A stretch of 64,000 nt of DNA from Phoronis australis (Eukaryota > Animalia > Phoronida): NCBI GenBank assembly GCA_002633005.1, contig NMRA01000260.1, positions 365,559 through 429,558 of the forward strand, written 5' to 3'. Under the pieces are notes generated by a model. That model saw only the letters and a program-made list of their open reading frames with translations, was not told where the DNA came from and ran no database searches. A program made the translations under genes and the position numbers. Shown one piece after another: positions 26,701-40,000 of the stretch (its first letter is position 1; each line of letters begins with the position of its first letter).

Positions 26701-29700
26701 TAGTGTAAACAGCACATAGAATATTTTTGCACAAAACCACCGAATAAAATTTTCCGGTCTGATGCATCACAGTTGTATCAGAAAGGGTACATACACTACA
26801 ACTTATGGTCACAGACCACTTCTATCATCCAGAAATTCATAAAGTAGCTGTTATTTTAATAACTTATTGGATCAACTTGAAGAAGTATCAGATACTAACG
26901 TAAGAAAAATTATTAGTTACTGTGCTGCTCAAGTTAATCTATAGATGATGATGCATTGCATATCTTATCACATTATAAGGAGAACTTTTTTCTCTTGCGA
27001 TATGATGCTTACAAATAGAGAATGACAAGTAATTACTTTTTTCAAAAACTTTGTTGGTGCTATTTACCTAGTTTTAATACATGCACCAGTTGGTCAAAAT
27101 AGTTAATGCAATACTAGGTCCAGTGTTCAACTTGTAAACAGTAAAAATGGGACTGGTGGGGGGTACATACACTACGTGATTATACAGTTAATCAACATCA
27201 AATGTTGACTATGTTACAAATGTATGGGATGGTCTCAAGTTTTGGGCTGCCACTACTTGTTGGTTTGCTTCAAGTTGTCTTGAGAGATGGAGTACCTGCC
27301 TCTGCAGCATCAGTTGTCACACGACGTGTTGCCCACACATTTGATGATGTCCAATGTTTTTTGTGAGACTGGATGCATTTTGGAAATATCAACGTTGTTC
27401 ATGAGAACAGCAGTATGTAAAAATACTCGTTGGCAATACTTTGAAATACAGAGGTTGAAGGTGCGTACACTACACAGGGGTACATACACTACTACATGTC
27501 AATGACATGTCAGTTTTACTAAAGTACTTAGAATCTACTGAGAGTTAGTTTTGCCAAATCTATTCAAAGAAAACAAATAAAAAGTACAGCATACATGTGC
27601 ATATGTGTCTGTCATTCTTTCAAAATAAGCACATGTTGAAATATAGGGGTACGTACAGTATACAAATGCTAATATTTCACTCAATACGAATGTATTTTGT
27701 TATAAACACCATTTTAACCTAACATTTTAAGGGAAGAAACTGTCTGTGACAAATAGTGCTTATTTACCGTGTAATATTTTTGTTTATGATTGACATATGT
27801 CCCGAATTATAAATAAATGACATGTGCCTCGTAAGCTCGTTACCAAAGACATTTTGCCAATCTTCTGTTAATTGGGCCACATATCTTTAATAAAACTTGA
27901 CAAACAAAAATAACATTGATAACAAATTAATGATGGATCAATAACATGATCAAATTTTATTTCGTATAGATGAAATCTCAAAAAGAAATTCAAAATATTT
28001 TGTTTTAGTTTTTTAAAATGTTAGAGCAATTTTTTTCATGAGTTATCATGATGAAAGTTTTCGTGCAAAAGTAGAACATTTAAAAGTAATTCCTAAAAGT
28101 GTTTTGGAGAACATTTCATAAAGCATAGATTAGTATCTGAAAGTTTCAAACTAATTTAAGCAGCCATTTTTGATCATGCAGGCTACTCTTGATGGTCTTT
28201 CACTATCAATTAGCATTACCACATGAACTTCTTTTACAATGTTGTGTACAGTTCGTTACACTGCTGGTGCTGGTTTCACTTCATAACGAATTTTTAGTGT
28301 TTTATTATCAGCAAATTGAATTTCTGAGGGCAACATATTTGAGTTTTCTTGAATAATACACAATACATTCAAGCTCTGGTCTAACAAAAATGCAAAGCAG
28401 CTGATCAACGCTACATATTGCTGACCTAAATAACAGTGTTAGCGATGTTGTCTAGTATATCATGAAAATATAGACCCCAACAGGATATACGTATTTTGGC
28501 AAAAATTAAAACACAGTTATGGTAACCGCTCTATATTTTCACACTAAATAAAATGATTGAAATTTTCAAGAGGCAGAGGTGTGCAAAAATAGTAGAATGG
28601 CCAGAAATATTGTAAGGCCAGTGTGCAAAGTGAATAGAAAGTAAAAAAACATTCGTCAGCAACCAGTTTGAGAATTAATAGAAAGGTTGATGTTTCGGCA
28701 CTGATATGAGTGGGAAATTCCGTTTTATGAATATGTTAGTATGCTTTCAAGGGATGTGCAAATGAATAGAAAGTAAACAAGATCAGAGCCATAAATTGAT
28801 GTGCGAAATTTTAGAAATAGGTCAACATGCTTTCACAAGGGATGTGCAATGAATAGAAAGGAAACATGCAGGCTTCTGCACCATGTTTAGATAAAAAGAA
28901 GGGTAAAGTCATTAGTTGTGTGAAATAATTTTGGGTGTGCGAAAATTTAGAATGTACAGAATAGTAGAGCAGTTACCATGGCCATTTAGACCAATCACTT
29001 ATCTCAGAAAACTGAGGTACCAGTCAAAATAACATATATTATATAAAACTCCACCGAAAACTTGATTTGTCAAAGAGTGGCTTATAGTTTTGAGGTCCTG
29101 TGGTGAATTGACACATAGCCATGTTTTACTGAAAGTATCCCTGCAATTTAATAAGACAATAAATGACACAGCGGTATGACAGTGTGCAACAATTAGTAGG
29201 GATTAATCTGGGAGCTGTGTTTTCAGGTACAAGAGCCACGTTTGCAGTCCGTGAGCCATGTTTGTTGTCTAGGGTGCATGGTTTTTGGGTGCACGCTTAA
29301 ATCATGTTTTGTGAGTGCTGGTCAGGCTTATGAGTCAGCGAACTAAGTTTACAAGTCAGGAGTCATCTGTTCTTGTTTTCTTGTTTTTGTGAATTTATAA
29401 CCTTTACTGTTTTGTTTATGGATCCCTTTTTGGATAGGGGTTACTGGTGATAGCTAACTGAAATTGATAACTCCTTCCCATAAGCTATATTCTCTCTTTT
29501 AGATTTGGCCAACAAGTCAGCAAGTTTTGCTATTCTTCAACTGTCATGCATCTTGCTGGAAAGTTTCGTTAGTCCATGGAAGGAGAAGGTGTCTTTCATA
29601 CTAAGTTCATTGGAAGAAATAAGTGAGAAACAAGAAAAAATCACGAAAGAGGTCGGTATAGCTTGTGAGGTCTTGGAAAAGATTGTTCAAACCAATGAAT

Positions 29701-30128
29701 GGGACCAGTCAAAAGCAGACATCTTTGATAACCAAGTTCGGAAATGCGTTGATGCAATATCAAAGTGTCAGCGTGATGTAGAAGGAGTTGAGAAGGAAAC
29801 AAATGAGTTGCTGTTCAAATTTAATTGTGTTAAATGGTTTGAAAGGGTGATTCGAATGGTCTGTTTAATAGTATCGTGGGTTTCTATTCACGAGTACTAT
29901 GTTAACGGACAAGTCAACAAAACCACTTTCTTGGGAGCCTGTTTTCTATCTGGTGTCATGTGTTTTGGTTTATTTCCTTCTTCAGTGCGCAAATACTGCT
30001 CAGAGATTAAGACATTGGCAATGGAACATCGAAAACTTGAAACAAAACTTTACGATTTGAAACGTTCCCTCCACAGTGCCTACAGTTATAGGCATAGGGT
30101 CGAACGACGAAGGAATAATACATTGTAA
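23743..30128 (+). CDS. Uncharacterised ~360-aa alpha-helical/coiled-coil protein with a C-terminal hydrophobic hairpin. Exons 23743-24199 and 29503-30128.
   Basis: Two long ORFs join in phase 1 via donor gcag|gtac (24200) and acceptor tctctcttttag| (29502). Strong ATG context gaaATGG. Hydrophobic segments VIRMVCLIVSWVSI and FLGACFLSGVMCFGLF are flanked by heptad-rich helices. Confidence 0.75.
24585..24823. mobile_element. Hairpin insertion, Penelope-like inverted pLTR fragment
   Basis: Perfect 78-bp inverted arms (24585-24662 / 24674-24751) plus a 72-nt unpaired tail, flanked by 11-bp direct repeat GGAGAATTTTC (24574-24584, 24824-24834). Confidence 0.6.
25270..26067 (-). mobile_element. Possible solo LTR
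   Basis: TG...CA termini (tgtgataaccc...ttctgaca), internal duplicated cttgctggtcac.gtctctgg block, ATTGG boxes and a ttctagaa motif; no TSD found. Confidence 0.3.
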
Positions 30129-30535
30129 TTGTACTTTATCATTAAAAACCAGACCAGGTGAACAACATGCTGGGAATCATAGATACCAATTTACGGTTTG
30201 GCTCAACTGTTAACACCAACACTCTGTGCAGAAGACAGTTGTTGCTTCACAATTATTGAGTTGTTAAAGTTATGGAAATGAATTTGTGAATTATTTCACA
30301 AGCTTAGAGTTGCTGAAACACGAGATAGATGCATTCACAGTATTTGGCATGAGTGGTACCAATACAACTGAATTTTCTTTGCAAAAAGACAAACATGTGT
30401 CTATGAAGTGGAAGGTTAAAAATATACATCCTCATATTTTTTACTTACAAATGAAGTTTTTCATTGTACGTCTATGCAAAGATATATTTGTAAGAAAGGT
30501 TAAGTTATAGAGGTATGTGGAGTTCCAGAATAATT

Positions 30536-32013
30536 TTATGCGCCCACATATTTATATGTGGACGCATTATGCCGTCATCTTCGTCCGTCCGTCCGTCTGG
30601 CGTCCGCTGCTTTATCTCCAAAACCCTTTGACATACGTTCATGAAATTTGGCACATATCTTCCATTCATGAATGAGACGGCATGTGCGAACTTTCAGACG
30701 GATCCGCCTACCGGTGTGCCCCCTAGTGGCAATTTTAGTTTTTTACGCTTTGTATCTACAAAAGTCCTGAACGGATTTTCATGAAATTTGGTATGTAGGC
30801 ACCCATTAGTGAGATGACGCTATCCTCCCGTTTTCAGATGGATTCGACATAGTTTGTGCCACCTAGTGGCCATTTTTAGTGTTTTCGAGTCTGTTTTTGT
30901 GCGTCCACCCCTCTATCAACCAAACCGCTCAAAGGATGATTGTGAAAATTGGCATGTATATGCTTACTATGTAGAGGACGATTGACGATGATTTTCTGAC
31001 GATTTCGACTACTGTGGCACCTCCTAGTGGCAGTTTTTTTTTGCGCCTGTGGCTGTATCTCCTAAACCATTCGCAGGATCTTTACGAAATTGTGTAAGTA
31101 TATTTATATGATGTTAACAACAGACGATGACGACTTTTGGACGGATCCGCCTACCAGTGTGCCCCCTAGTGGCCTTTTTTATGTTTACCTCTGTATCTTC
31201 ACAAGTCCTTAACGGATTTTCATGAAATTTGGTATGTAGGCACCTATTAGTGCGATGACGCTATCCTCCCATTTACGAATGGATTCGAACTAGTTTGAGA
31301 CACCCAGTGGCCATTTTTACTGTTTTTGAGTCTGTTTTTTGGTGTCCACCCCTCTATCAACCAAACCGCTCTAAGTATGATTGTGAAAATTGGCAGGTAT
31401 GATCTTACTATGAAGAGGACGGTTGACGCTGAATTTCCCATGACTTTGATTACTGTGGCGCCTCCTAGTGGCAGTTTTATTTTTGCGCCCATGGCTGTAT
31501 CTCCCAAACCGTTTGCGGGATCTTTACTAAATTTAGCAAGTGTATTTATGTGATGTTGACAACGGACGATGACGACTTTAGGATGATTCTGACTACCGGT
31601 ATGCCTCTAGTGGCAATTTAAGTATTTTACATTGACCTCTGTATTTTCATAGGTCTTCAGGTGTATACTTTGTGTTACTTCGTGACTATGAAGGAAAAGT
31701 TCCAAGAAGAAATTTGTTTCTGGCATTCTAATGCTGTGCTAATCTCGTATGTTGGTAAATTTGTTTTTAATTCTATGTTTCTGTGGTGCTTTAAGCAACT
31801 GATGTATAGGATGTGCTTGTATTATGAAGATCACTCACATTTTGCCCCTATCCTATTGAGGAGACAATGACCATGCCTTTCCATTTAGCTAAGTACAACA
31901 TACTACATATATGCCCTCTACTGGCCACTTTATGGTACCAATAAACAACCCTAGAAGGATACCGTATACTGTGCAATTGTGGGCCCATTTCAACGCTCTG
32001 CGTTGCTCTTGTT
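30536..32013 (+). mobile_element. Young HINE family A (DINE-1-like non-autonomous Helentron)
   Basis: 5' subTIR/IR atgcgcccacatatttatatgtggacgcat, (GTCC)n microsatellite, ~150-bp central tandem repeats, 3' subTIR tgtgggcccat, hairpin caacgc-tct-gcgttg, TT flanks. Nearly identical to 35724-37018 and 46162-47205. Confidence 0.88.
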
Positions 32014-34019
32014 ATAACTTTGATTTAGGGAAGTATGTGGTTTGTGTAAGTGTGCGTTTATAATGTTCGCTGTTATGGTATTTATATATTTATTAAATGC
32101 TTATACTTTTGAAAGTAGACAACTGGGCTCCATGCCACTGCAATTGTGGCTGTTGAAACATGGTAGAAATGTTGATCATTAGGAATAGCTGCCTAGGTCG
32201 TCTTGTTTAGAGGCCAAAAATGCCTTTATCAGTGCAATGAGCTATGAATATTGAATGTGAATTACAACATGTAGTTGATAAAGTATATTGAATAATACTT
32301 AAATGGTGTATTTTTATCACAACACTCAGTACACATACACAAAAGAAATAGATAAAAAATATAAGTTACGAAAATACAAAATTATTAACGCGAGATCACA
32401 TGTAATTCCATTGTCATTATTCTTACATTCTGTCATAAAAGTAAAGCTAAAAGTTTTGAAATTTACATAAACTTCACTGCGTTTTTATGGTCCCAGCATG
32501 TGTTGGGGTATATTCATCTTTTCAGGATGTCATTTTCCATGCAGTATTACAACAAAAAAGGAGACAGTAAATTTGCCAACATTGCCGATCATGAAATGCC
32601 ATCTGAGAGTGAATAGGATTCATTTCCCATAAAATTTTACAAGAGTATCTGTCTCAGTTTCATTTTCCAGGTATGGGGTTAATTTTTGCCCCTTTCCAGG
32701 CTTTCCACAGTGAGCGGTGACGGGATTTTTCATCTTACATATCAGTTCTAAAATATGTTGTTCTAACTCTTTCACTAACATGTAATTTGTACTTAGGTCT
32801 ATTTTTTCACATTTGGAATTTTTGATAAATCTTCACAAAACTGACACTGATGACAATGGCAAAGTTGCCACAATACATTGATGGTGTTTTTAAATTCAAT
32901 CCAACACCAAATCCCATCATTTCAACTATCTCATGGACATCATCATTCATCCACGTGAAATACTGAACACCAAAAGTGTCCATCTTATATTCTAGAAAAT
33001 TGCTTGAATATTCTTCCTGGCGTGTTTCCAGGAAATTACACTTCCATCATGTAAGCCGAACACGCGCTCAAATGATTTAAACTTGCCAAATTAGTCTAAA
33101 CTTTACACTAAATCACGCTATGTGATAAGGATTCATGTTAATAACAAGAACGTTTTACTTGGCTTCATGGTCCTTGTTATTAAGCATGTCGGAATAATTT
33201 TAAATTCATATTACAGAGTGTATAAAGTTATTCCACAAGACTCGTTCATTTTTGGAAATGCTGAAAGCAAGTCCTGAGACGAATATTTGGAGAATTACAC
33301 CTTTTTAGTCATTTTGTACCCTAAAATTAAGCCTGGATATACCTATGTGCAATATGAAAATATGTTTTGAGTTGGACTAAATTAGGCTTGCAAGACAAGA
33401 TGGAAAGAGAACTGAAGTACTGCTGTTGAAAATAAGGACTGAAAATAAACATGTTTTGTAACTACAAACCTTGTTTAGTTTGAGAAACAACATAAATTAC
33501 TAAAAATCATAAGTGTGACTCCAAACACGAGCCAACAAATCTTTGCTAAAATACAAACCCATGGGTTTGCCTGTGCTCTTGACACTCAGAAATTTAATTG
33601 ATAACCTTTCTACATGTCCCCATACAAACTGAATATGTTTTTATGTTACAAATGCACTCAATAGGCGAACACGGACAACATTTTCCTACTATAACAATGC
33701 TAATTTTCGACATTTCACGACAAATGACTCTAAAGCAGATTTTGCAATGAGATGTTTCCATTATTAAACATTCCTATCATAATAAACGAGGCAATAAATG
33801 CAAGACAACACTTCGGCCAATGAACGAAATCTCACTTAACCCAGACAAACACAAGATTCCCTTATTCACATGTGCAAAAACATATGTAGCCTTTAGTCTA
33901 TACCCTGCATATTACTCGAATTTCCACACAATTACAAAATAATCAAAATACCGTCTTGGAATGCCAGGGTACTTAGGAAGTTGTTTACATGAATACACTT
34001 TTCATTTCTATCCTCTTCC

Positions 34020-37000
34020 TCATACCATTGGAATTTCTGGCCAACTGATATTTTCTAAATCCACACTTCCGTTCTCATCGACACCATCAAGTGGAAAGTC
34101 AGCAAATAGCTTGCTGAAGCTGGTATTGCCTAGACTTGTATTTCGGCTAGGGCACAATGGCGTTAACCCTTGAAATCCGAAGTCACGCATTGACCCAGTT
34201 CCAGGATTCCGTTGATGTTCCGGTGACATGAGCGAGGTTGGGTTAAGAGAAGTGTTGCCACGACGACAGGGTGTGAGGTTTGCGTCATGCAAGCTCCTCA
34301 GTGGGGAAATCTCACAAAGGGATGTGGAGAACTGTGGGCTCCTATCTTTGACCCTGTAAGGAGTTGAGGTAGCTCGTGATTCAGAAAATTTGGGCGGGGT
34401 CAACAGCAGCTGCCGTATTGGTGATGAAAAACCATTTTCAAGACCAGCGAGAAAGCTATCTGAGAGATTTATCGTGCCTGATGTCGACATGATATCTGTC
34501 ACAGGAGGTTTTGGATCTAAACTGTCATTTCGCGTTTTGTTCACCGCCTTGCGCTGGCGCCTACGGCCTTTCAATTTTTTCCTTGAGGGTTGTAACAATG
34601 GCTGTGTAACACTGTTATGGCTGCCTACGACTGACTTTTCAGAAACCTGTGATTCGAATCCTGAGTCGTGGCTTGGAGACTCAGTGCCTGATGAGCTGAG
34701 ACCAACGCAAAAGCCACTGGATGAAAGTTGTTCAGAGAAGTGACCAGCACTCAAACTGGCATTCAGCCATGCTTGACTGATAAGCTGTGATCCATCGCAG
34801 ACGCTCACGCGCGGGGCGATCTTCACGTGTTTCTTGGTCCCAGCAGGTGTTCGCAAGTCACAGGACCTTTTCAGACTGGATGGAATGTGCTTTTCTAGAA
34901 CAGCAATAAGGAATGGCTTTAGCCACCATTCAAAGATTTAATCATCATTATCATGCACGCACCCAGCCTAAAAATGGGGGGTTCAACTTTTTGAGAATGT
35001 GGAAAGTTTGCTTAGATTCAAGGGGTACGCTATGAATTCGCCAAATTTTGGTAGTTCCTGAATTGTTAGTGGACGTTTGTCTCGTTTTTTATACTTTTTT
35101 CAGTTTTAGTTTCTTGGAGGTGAACCTTTTTGCCTACTTTGCCGAATGGGGGGCTTGAACGAGCCCCCCGCATGGTTATCATTTATAATCATTGTCAACT
35201 TATTATAAACCTTACATTAAGGTCAAATACTGTTGACGCTTACATGAGGGGAGACATTAATTTTGTTTTGACAAAAAAATCGAAGAAGATATATGTATCT
35301 TGTGTCTGGAGTCATACTAACAGCCAACATTGGACAGAATGCCTCCCAAGCTAGTACCTCACAAATATGTCGAAGTCTACTAAGATCACACAAGGTTTCC
35401 CATTGGGCATTTGTCCACCTTATAAACTGGTATACTTACAGTACTTCTAAGTAACTCATCCTTGGAAGTAAGCTTGACATAGTTCAGTTTTCATCAAAAA
35501 ATAACCCTAATCAGCATCTGATTCAGTAGAATGCTAAAGAAAACACCTATGTTTGTGGTCTCATACACTCAATACACTCACCAGTATTTGTGGCAGACGT
35601 TGACTGTAGCAACTGTATGGTCTGTAATGGTACAATCGTCCAGTCGCTGTTGCCAGGGGCTAAATGACACAAACAGACAGAGAAATGGAGAGTTCAAAGA
35701 GTAAACAAATGATTGCTTGTTAATACAAGAGCAACGCAGAGCATTGAAATGTGCCCACAATTGCACCGTATACGGTATCCTTCTAGGGTTGCTTATTGGT
35801 ACCATAAAGTGGCCAGTAGAGGGCATATATGTAGTATGTTGTACTTTGCAAAATGGAAAGGCATGGTCATTGTCTCCTCAATAGGCTAGGGGCAAAATGT
35901 GAGTGATCTTCATAATACAAGCACATCCTATACATCAGTTGCTTAAAGCACCACAAACACATAGAATTAAAAACAAATTTACCACCATAAATTTAGTAAA
36001 GATCCTGCAAACTGTTTGGGAGATACAGCCATGGGTGCAAAAAGAAACTGCCACTAGGAAGCGCCACAGTAATCAAAGTCATGGGAAATTCAGCGTCAAC
36101 CGTCCTCTTCATAGTAAGAACATACATGCCCAATTTTCACAATCATACTTAGAGCGGTTTGGTTGATAGAGGGGTGGACGCCAAAAAACAGACTCAAAAA
36201 CAGTAAAAATGGCTACTGCGTGTCGCAAACTAGGTCGAATCCATCCGAAAATGGGAGGATAGCATCATCGCACTAATAGGTGCCTACATACCACATTTCA
36301 TGAAAATCCGTTAAGGACTTTTGAAGACACAAAGGTAAGCTTAAAAAACTAAAATTGCCACTAGGGGGCACATCGGTAATCGGATCCGTCCAAAAGTCGT
36401 CATCTTCCATTGTGAACATCATATAAATACACTTACACAATTTCATAAAGATCCTGAGAAAGGTTTAGGAGATACAGCCATAGGCGCAAAAAAAACAAAA
36501 CAGCCACTAGGAGGCGCCACAGTAGTCAAAATCGTCGGAAAATCATCGTCAACCGTCCTCTACATAGTAAGCATATACATGCCAATTTTCACAATCATCC
36601 TTTGAGCGGTTTGGTTGATAGAGGGGTGGACGCACAAAAACAGACTCGAAAACACTAAAAATGGCCACTAGGTGGCGCAAACTATGTCGAATCCATCTGA
36701 AAACAGGAGGATAGCGTCATCTCACTAATACGTGCCTACATACTAAATTTCATGAAAATCCGTTCAGGGCTTTTGAAGATACAAAGGTAAGCGTAAAAAC
36801 CTAAAATTGCCACTAGGGGGCACACCGGTAGTCGGATCCGTCCAAAAGTTCGCACATGCCGTCCCATTCATGAATGGAACATATGTGCCAAATTTCATGA
36901 ATGTATGTCAAAGGGTTTTGGAGATAGAGCAGCGGACGCCGGACGGACGCCGCCCGTACGGACGGACGGACGGAGATGACGGCATAATGCGTCCACATAT

Positions 37001-40000
37001 AAATATGTGGGCGCATAAAAATCAAGAAAACGAATACACTTTTGTTGAAGAAGGTAAAGGAAAATGCAGTTATAAGCATCACTTTCTTCTACAAGCGTTT
37101 TGTAACCATCAGACTAGAATGTTATATGTTATTACTGAAAGTGGCCTCCTGAAAAAACAATTGACATGAAGATTCAACATTCTCATCCATAGACATCCTC
37201 TTTGACAAGAAAAAATTGTTTCAATCTGATAACTTTTAAATTTTCCACAAATGGCTTACCAGCTATGATGCCAAGGGAAGTGTTGAATGGACTTGCTGTC
37301 ACTGAGTCAGAGCCAAGGGAGGGCTTTGGAGCTGCAACATGCACAGTAAGTGAACTGATAACATAAATTTCATGTTAATTTTACAAGGGGATTCTCCCAA
37401 CGCAGGCTCAAACTTTAGCATTTTTTTACAATAAAGGCAAGAACTTACAATTTTGAAGACTGTAAACCTGATGTACTGAGCTCATGCTGACACTGAACTT
37501 TTTTTAACGCTTGCATTTTCAGCACTGCCTCAGCGGTTTTCTCCCGACACTTGGTCCGTTTAATCCATTGTAGCATGAAGAGATGTGAAATTATGTTTGT
37601 CAAGATGGTTTAGCCGAGCCGAGTAGACAAGAAAGTCTAATTGAGACAAAGTCTTACAATTATAAATTCTAACACTTTTACAGTAGGTACTGTAAATATC
37701 TCCATCAGCATCGAAGCACAACTCAATGGGTCTTTCCAAAATGAAAAGCACACGCCCTATGGAATGCATCTACTGAGCATGAAATTGACACACTGCCAAA
37801 AAACCAATGACAAAGGGCTTTGAATAATTTTTTCACAGCACGTGCTGCAGCAGTTGTTTACAATAGAATTGTGAAGCTTATGCAAAATTTCAGGTACCTA
37901 GCTCAAGTAAGAAAATATTAGCAAAAGTTCAAGATCTGTTTTCTAGAATCACCCTGTATCTCAACCTTAGCAGCGTCACAATACACAATCCTTTGAGGCT
38001 ATTTTTAATGACAATTAAATCAATGCAGCTCGATATTCAAAGAGATTATTTATTTACTGTTGATAATTTAGCAAAGAGAATGACTTTAAGAAACAAAGGT
38101 ATTAGCGTGCAGGAACTCTGTGCCAACAAGTCAACTCCATTTACCTATTTTTGAGCCAGCTCCTTGTTGAACTGTTGGCTTCTTGTACGGGTCCTCCTTG
38201 CGTAGGGTCCAGAAGGAGCCTACGAGTCCAGGGGTGCTCACACGCTCCCGCACAAAGATGTCATACAGTGACAAGTTGTGTCGAATGGAATTCTGCAACA
38301 GCAGAGATGGCAAAGCTAAACATACATGTTTAATTTCATCTTGACCGTCAACAAACATAACAAAGAAACTACACATTCTTGGACCATACACATTCTTGGA
38401 CCATACACATTCTTGGATCATACACATTCTTGGATCATACACATTCTTGGACTATACACATTCTTGGACCATACACATTCTTGGATCATACACATTCTTG
38501 GACTATACACATTCTTGGACCATACACATTCTTGGACTATACACATTCTTGGACTATGCATATTCTTGGACCATACACATTCTTGGACTATACACATTCT
38601 TGGACCATACACATTCTTGGACCATACACATCTTGCTTATTGCTCATGTTCAGATCAAAGCCCACCCTGAAAATTTTTAAGTTTACATTTTCATCAAACT
38701 CCCGCACTCAGCTTGGAACCCAACCCCAACGTATACGAACAAGACTTCTCTAGAAGTGCCAGTGTCTATATGAGTGTCGTCACGCATGAATTTTAGCTCC
38801 CAAAATGTAGACAACTGACATTCCATTGGGTAACAAACATTCACTTTGAATGGCAACGTGTCACATTCAAGCATGAAAATACCCACTTATTCTGAAGAAG
38901 ACATGAAGTGGTTCTTCTGTCTCATGAGCAATTATAATACAATTATGCTTGTATGCCAAAAATGATGATGACATTTGGAAGACCAAATTGATTGTTCAGG
39001 TAAACGCCTTCCCTGACCTCTCAAAAATTTCATGTTTTACTAGCCACACTTGACTTACCACCAACCCTTGTGGTATTTCTGATCTAACCCAGACAGGATT
39101 GATGTTAACACCACGGTTCACTTAGGACTAGGGTGAAAATATTATCAGATGCAGTGACTGAGTGACATCAGACTGACCTTCCAGCCCTGCTTGGCTGTGA
39201 ATCTGTAATAGGGGAACTTGCCCTCAATCCAGCCATAGATCTCGCGCAGTGTCATTCGCTTGTCTGGTTTGCTGTTGATGGCCATCTGGATCATAGACAT
39301 GTAGGAAAATGGCGGACGTTTGTCCCGGCCACACTCACGACTCACCTGGAACCATTGAATAGAAGTTAGACATTCCGACGTATTATTCTCAAATTGCAAT
39401 GGGACTGCATGCCACAGGCTGACAAACGTCAGTGTAGACAGGGCCCTTGATGCCTTGATTTAAAAATCCCACAGAATTCCCCTTATCAGCCCAAAAATTC
39501 CTCTCTAATGATTAAAAAATTCCCCTCAAGGTCAGGTGTGATTTCCCCCCAACCAAAATATTCCCCTCCTTGAAGGTACAGGCACTTTCACTTTTCCCCT
39601 GAGGTGAGTGAGGGCCCTGAGGGATGAATGTTTGGAGCATTAAACAAAATGTCAATGATAGACTTCGCTCTATGACAAAAAAGGAAGTAACTTTGCTTTG
39701 TTGTTGGCACCATCTGTACATTACAGCTGTGCACAAAATAACTTTTGGTAAAATTTAGAGCTCTTGCAGTAAAGATTTCAAAATTAGGAATTGTTTTTGT
39801 CTAAAACTGAAGATTTTTGTACTGCACATAGAATTGTATAAAAAGAAAGTTAATCAATTACCAAGTGTTCAAAATGGGTTAGAATCTTTTTTTGTTTCAA
39901 TCAGTCAGGACTGCTGTAACATTGGATTTTAGCAGCTTCAACTTTAATAAATAAACATTGCAAGGTTAGGAATATTAAGATGTGTGAAATGAAAGGAAAC

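Noticed and set aside
31247-31870. Recurrent ORFs such as MYTLCYFVTMKEKF..., also at 46737-47057
   Set aside because: They recur because they lie in copies of the same non-coding HINE; no Rep or helicase motifs.
34390-34743. Antisense 117-aa ORF overlapping FOXM1
   Set aside because: Shadow frame of the long last exon, starting at TTG, with no recognisable motif.
38326-38753. Overlapping repetitive ORFs and a possible CRISPR-like array
   Set aside because: A pure 17-bp tandem minisatellite with no unique spacers, inside a eukaryotic intron; the ORFs are by-products.
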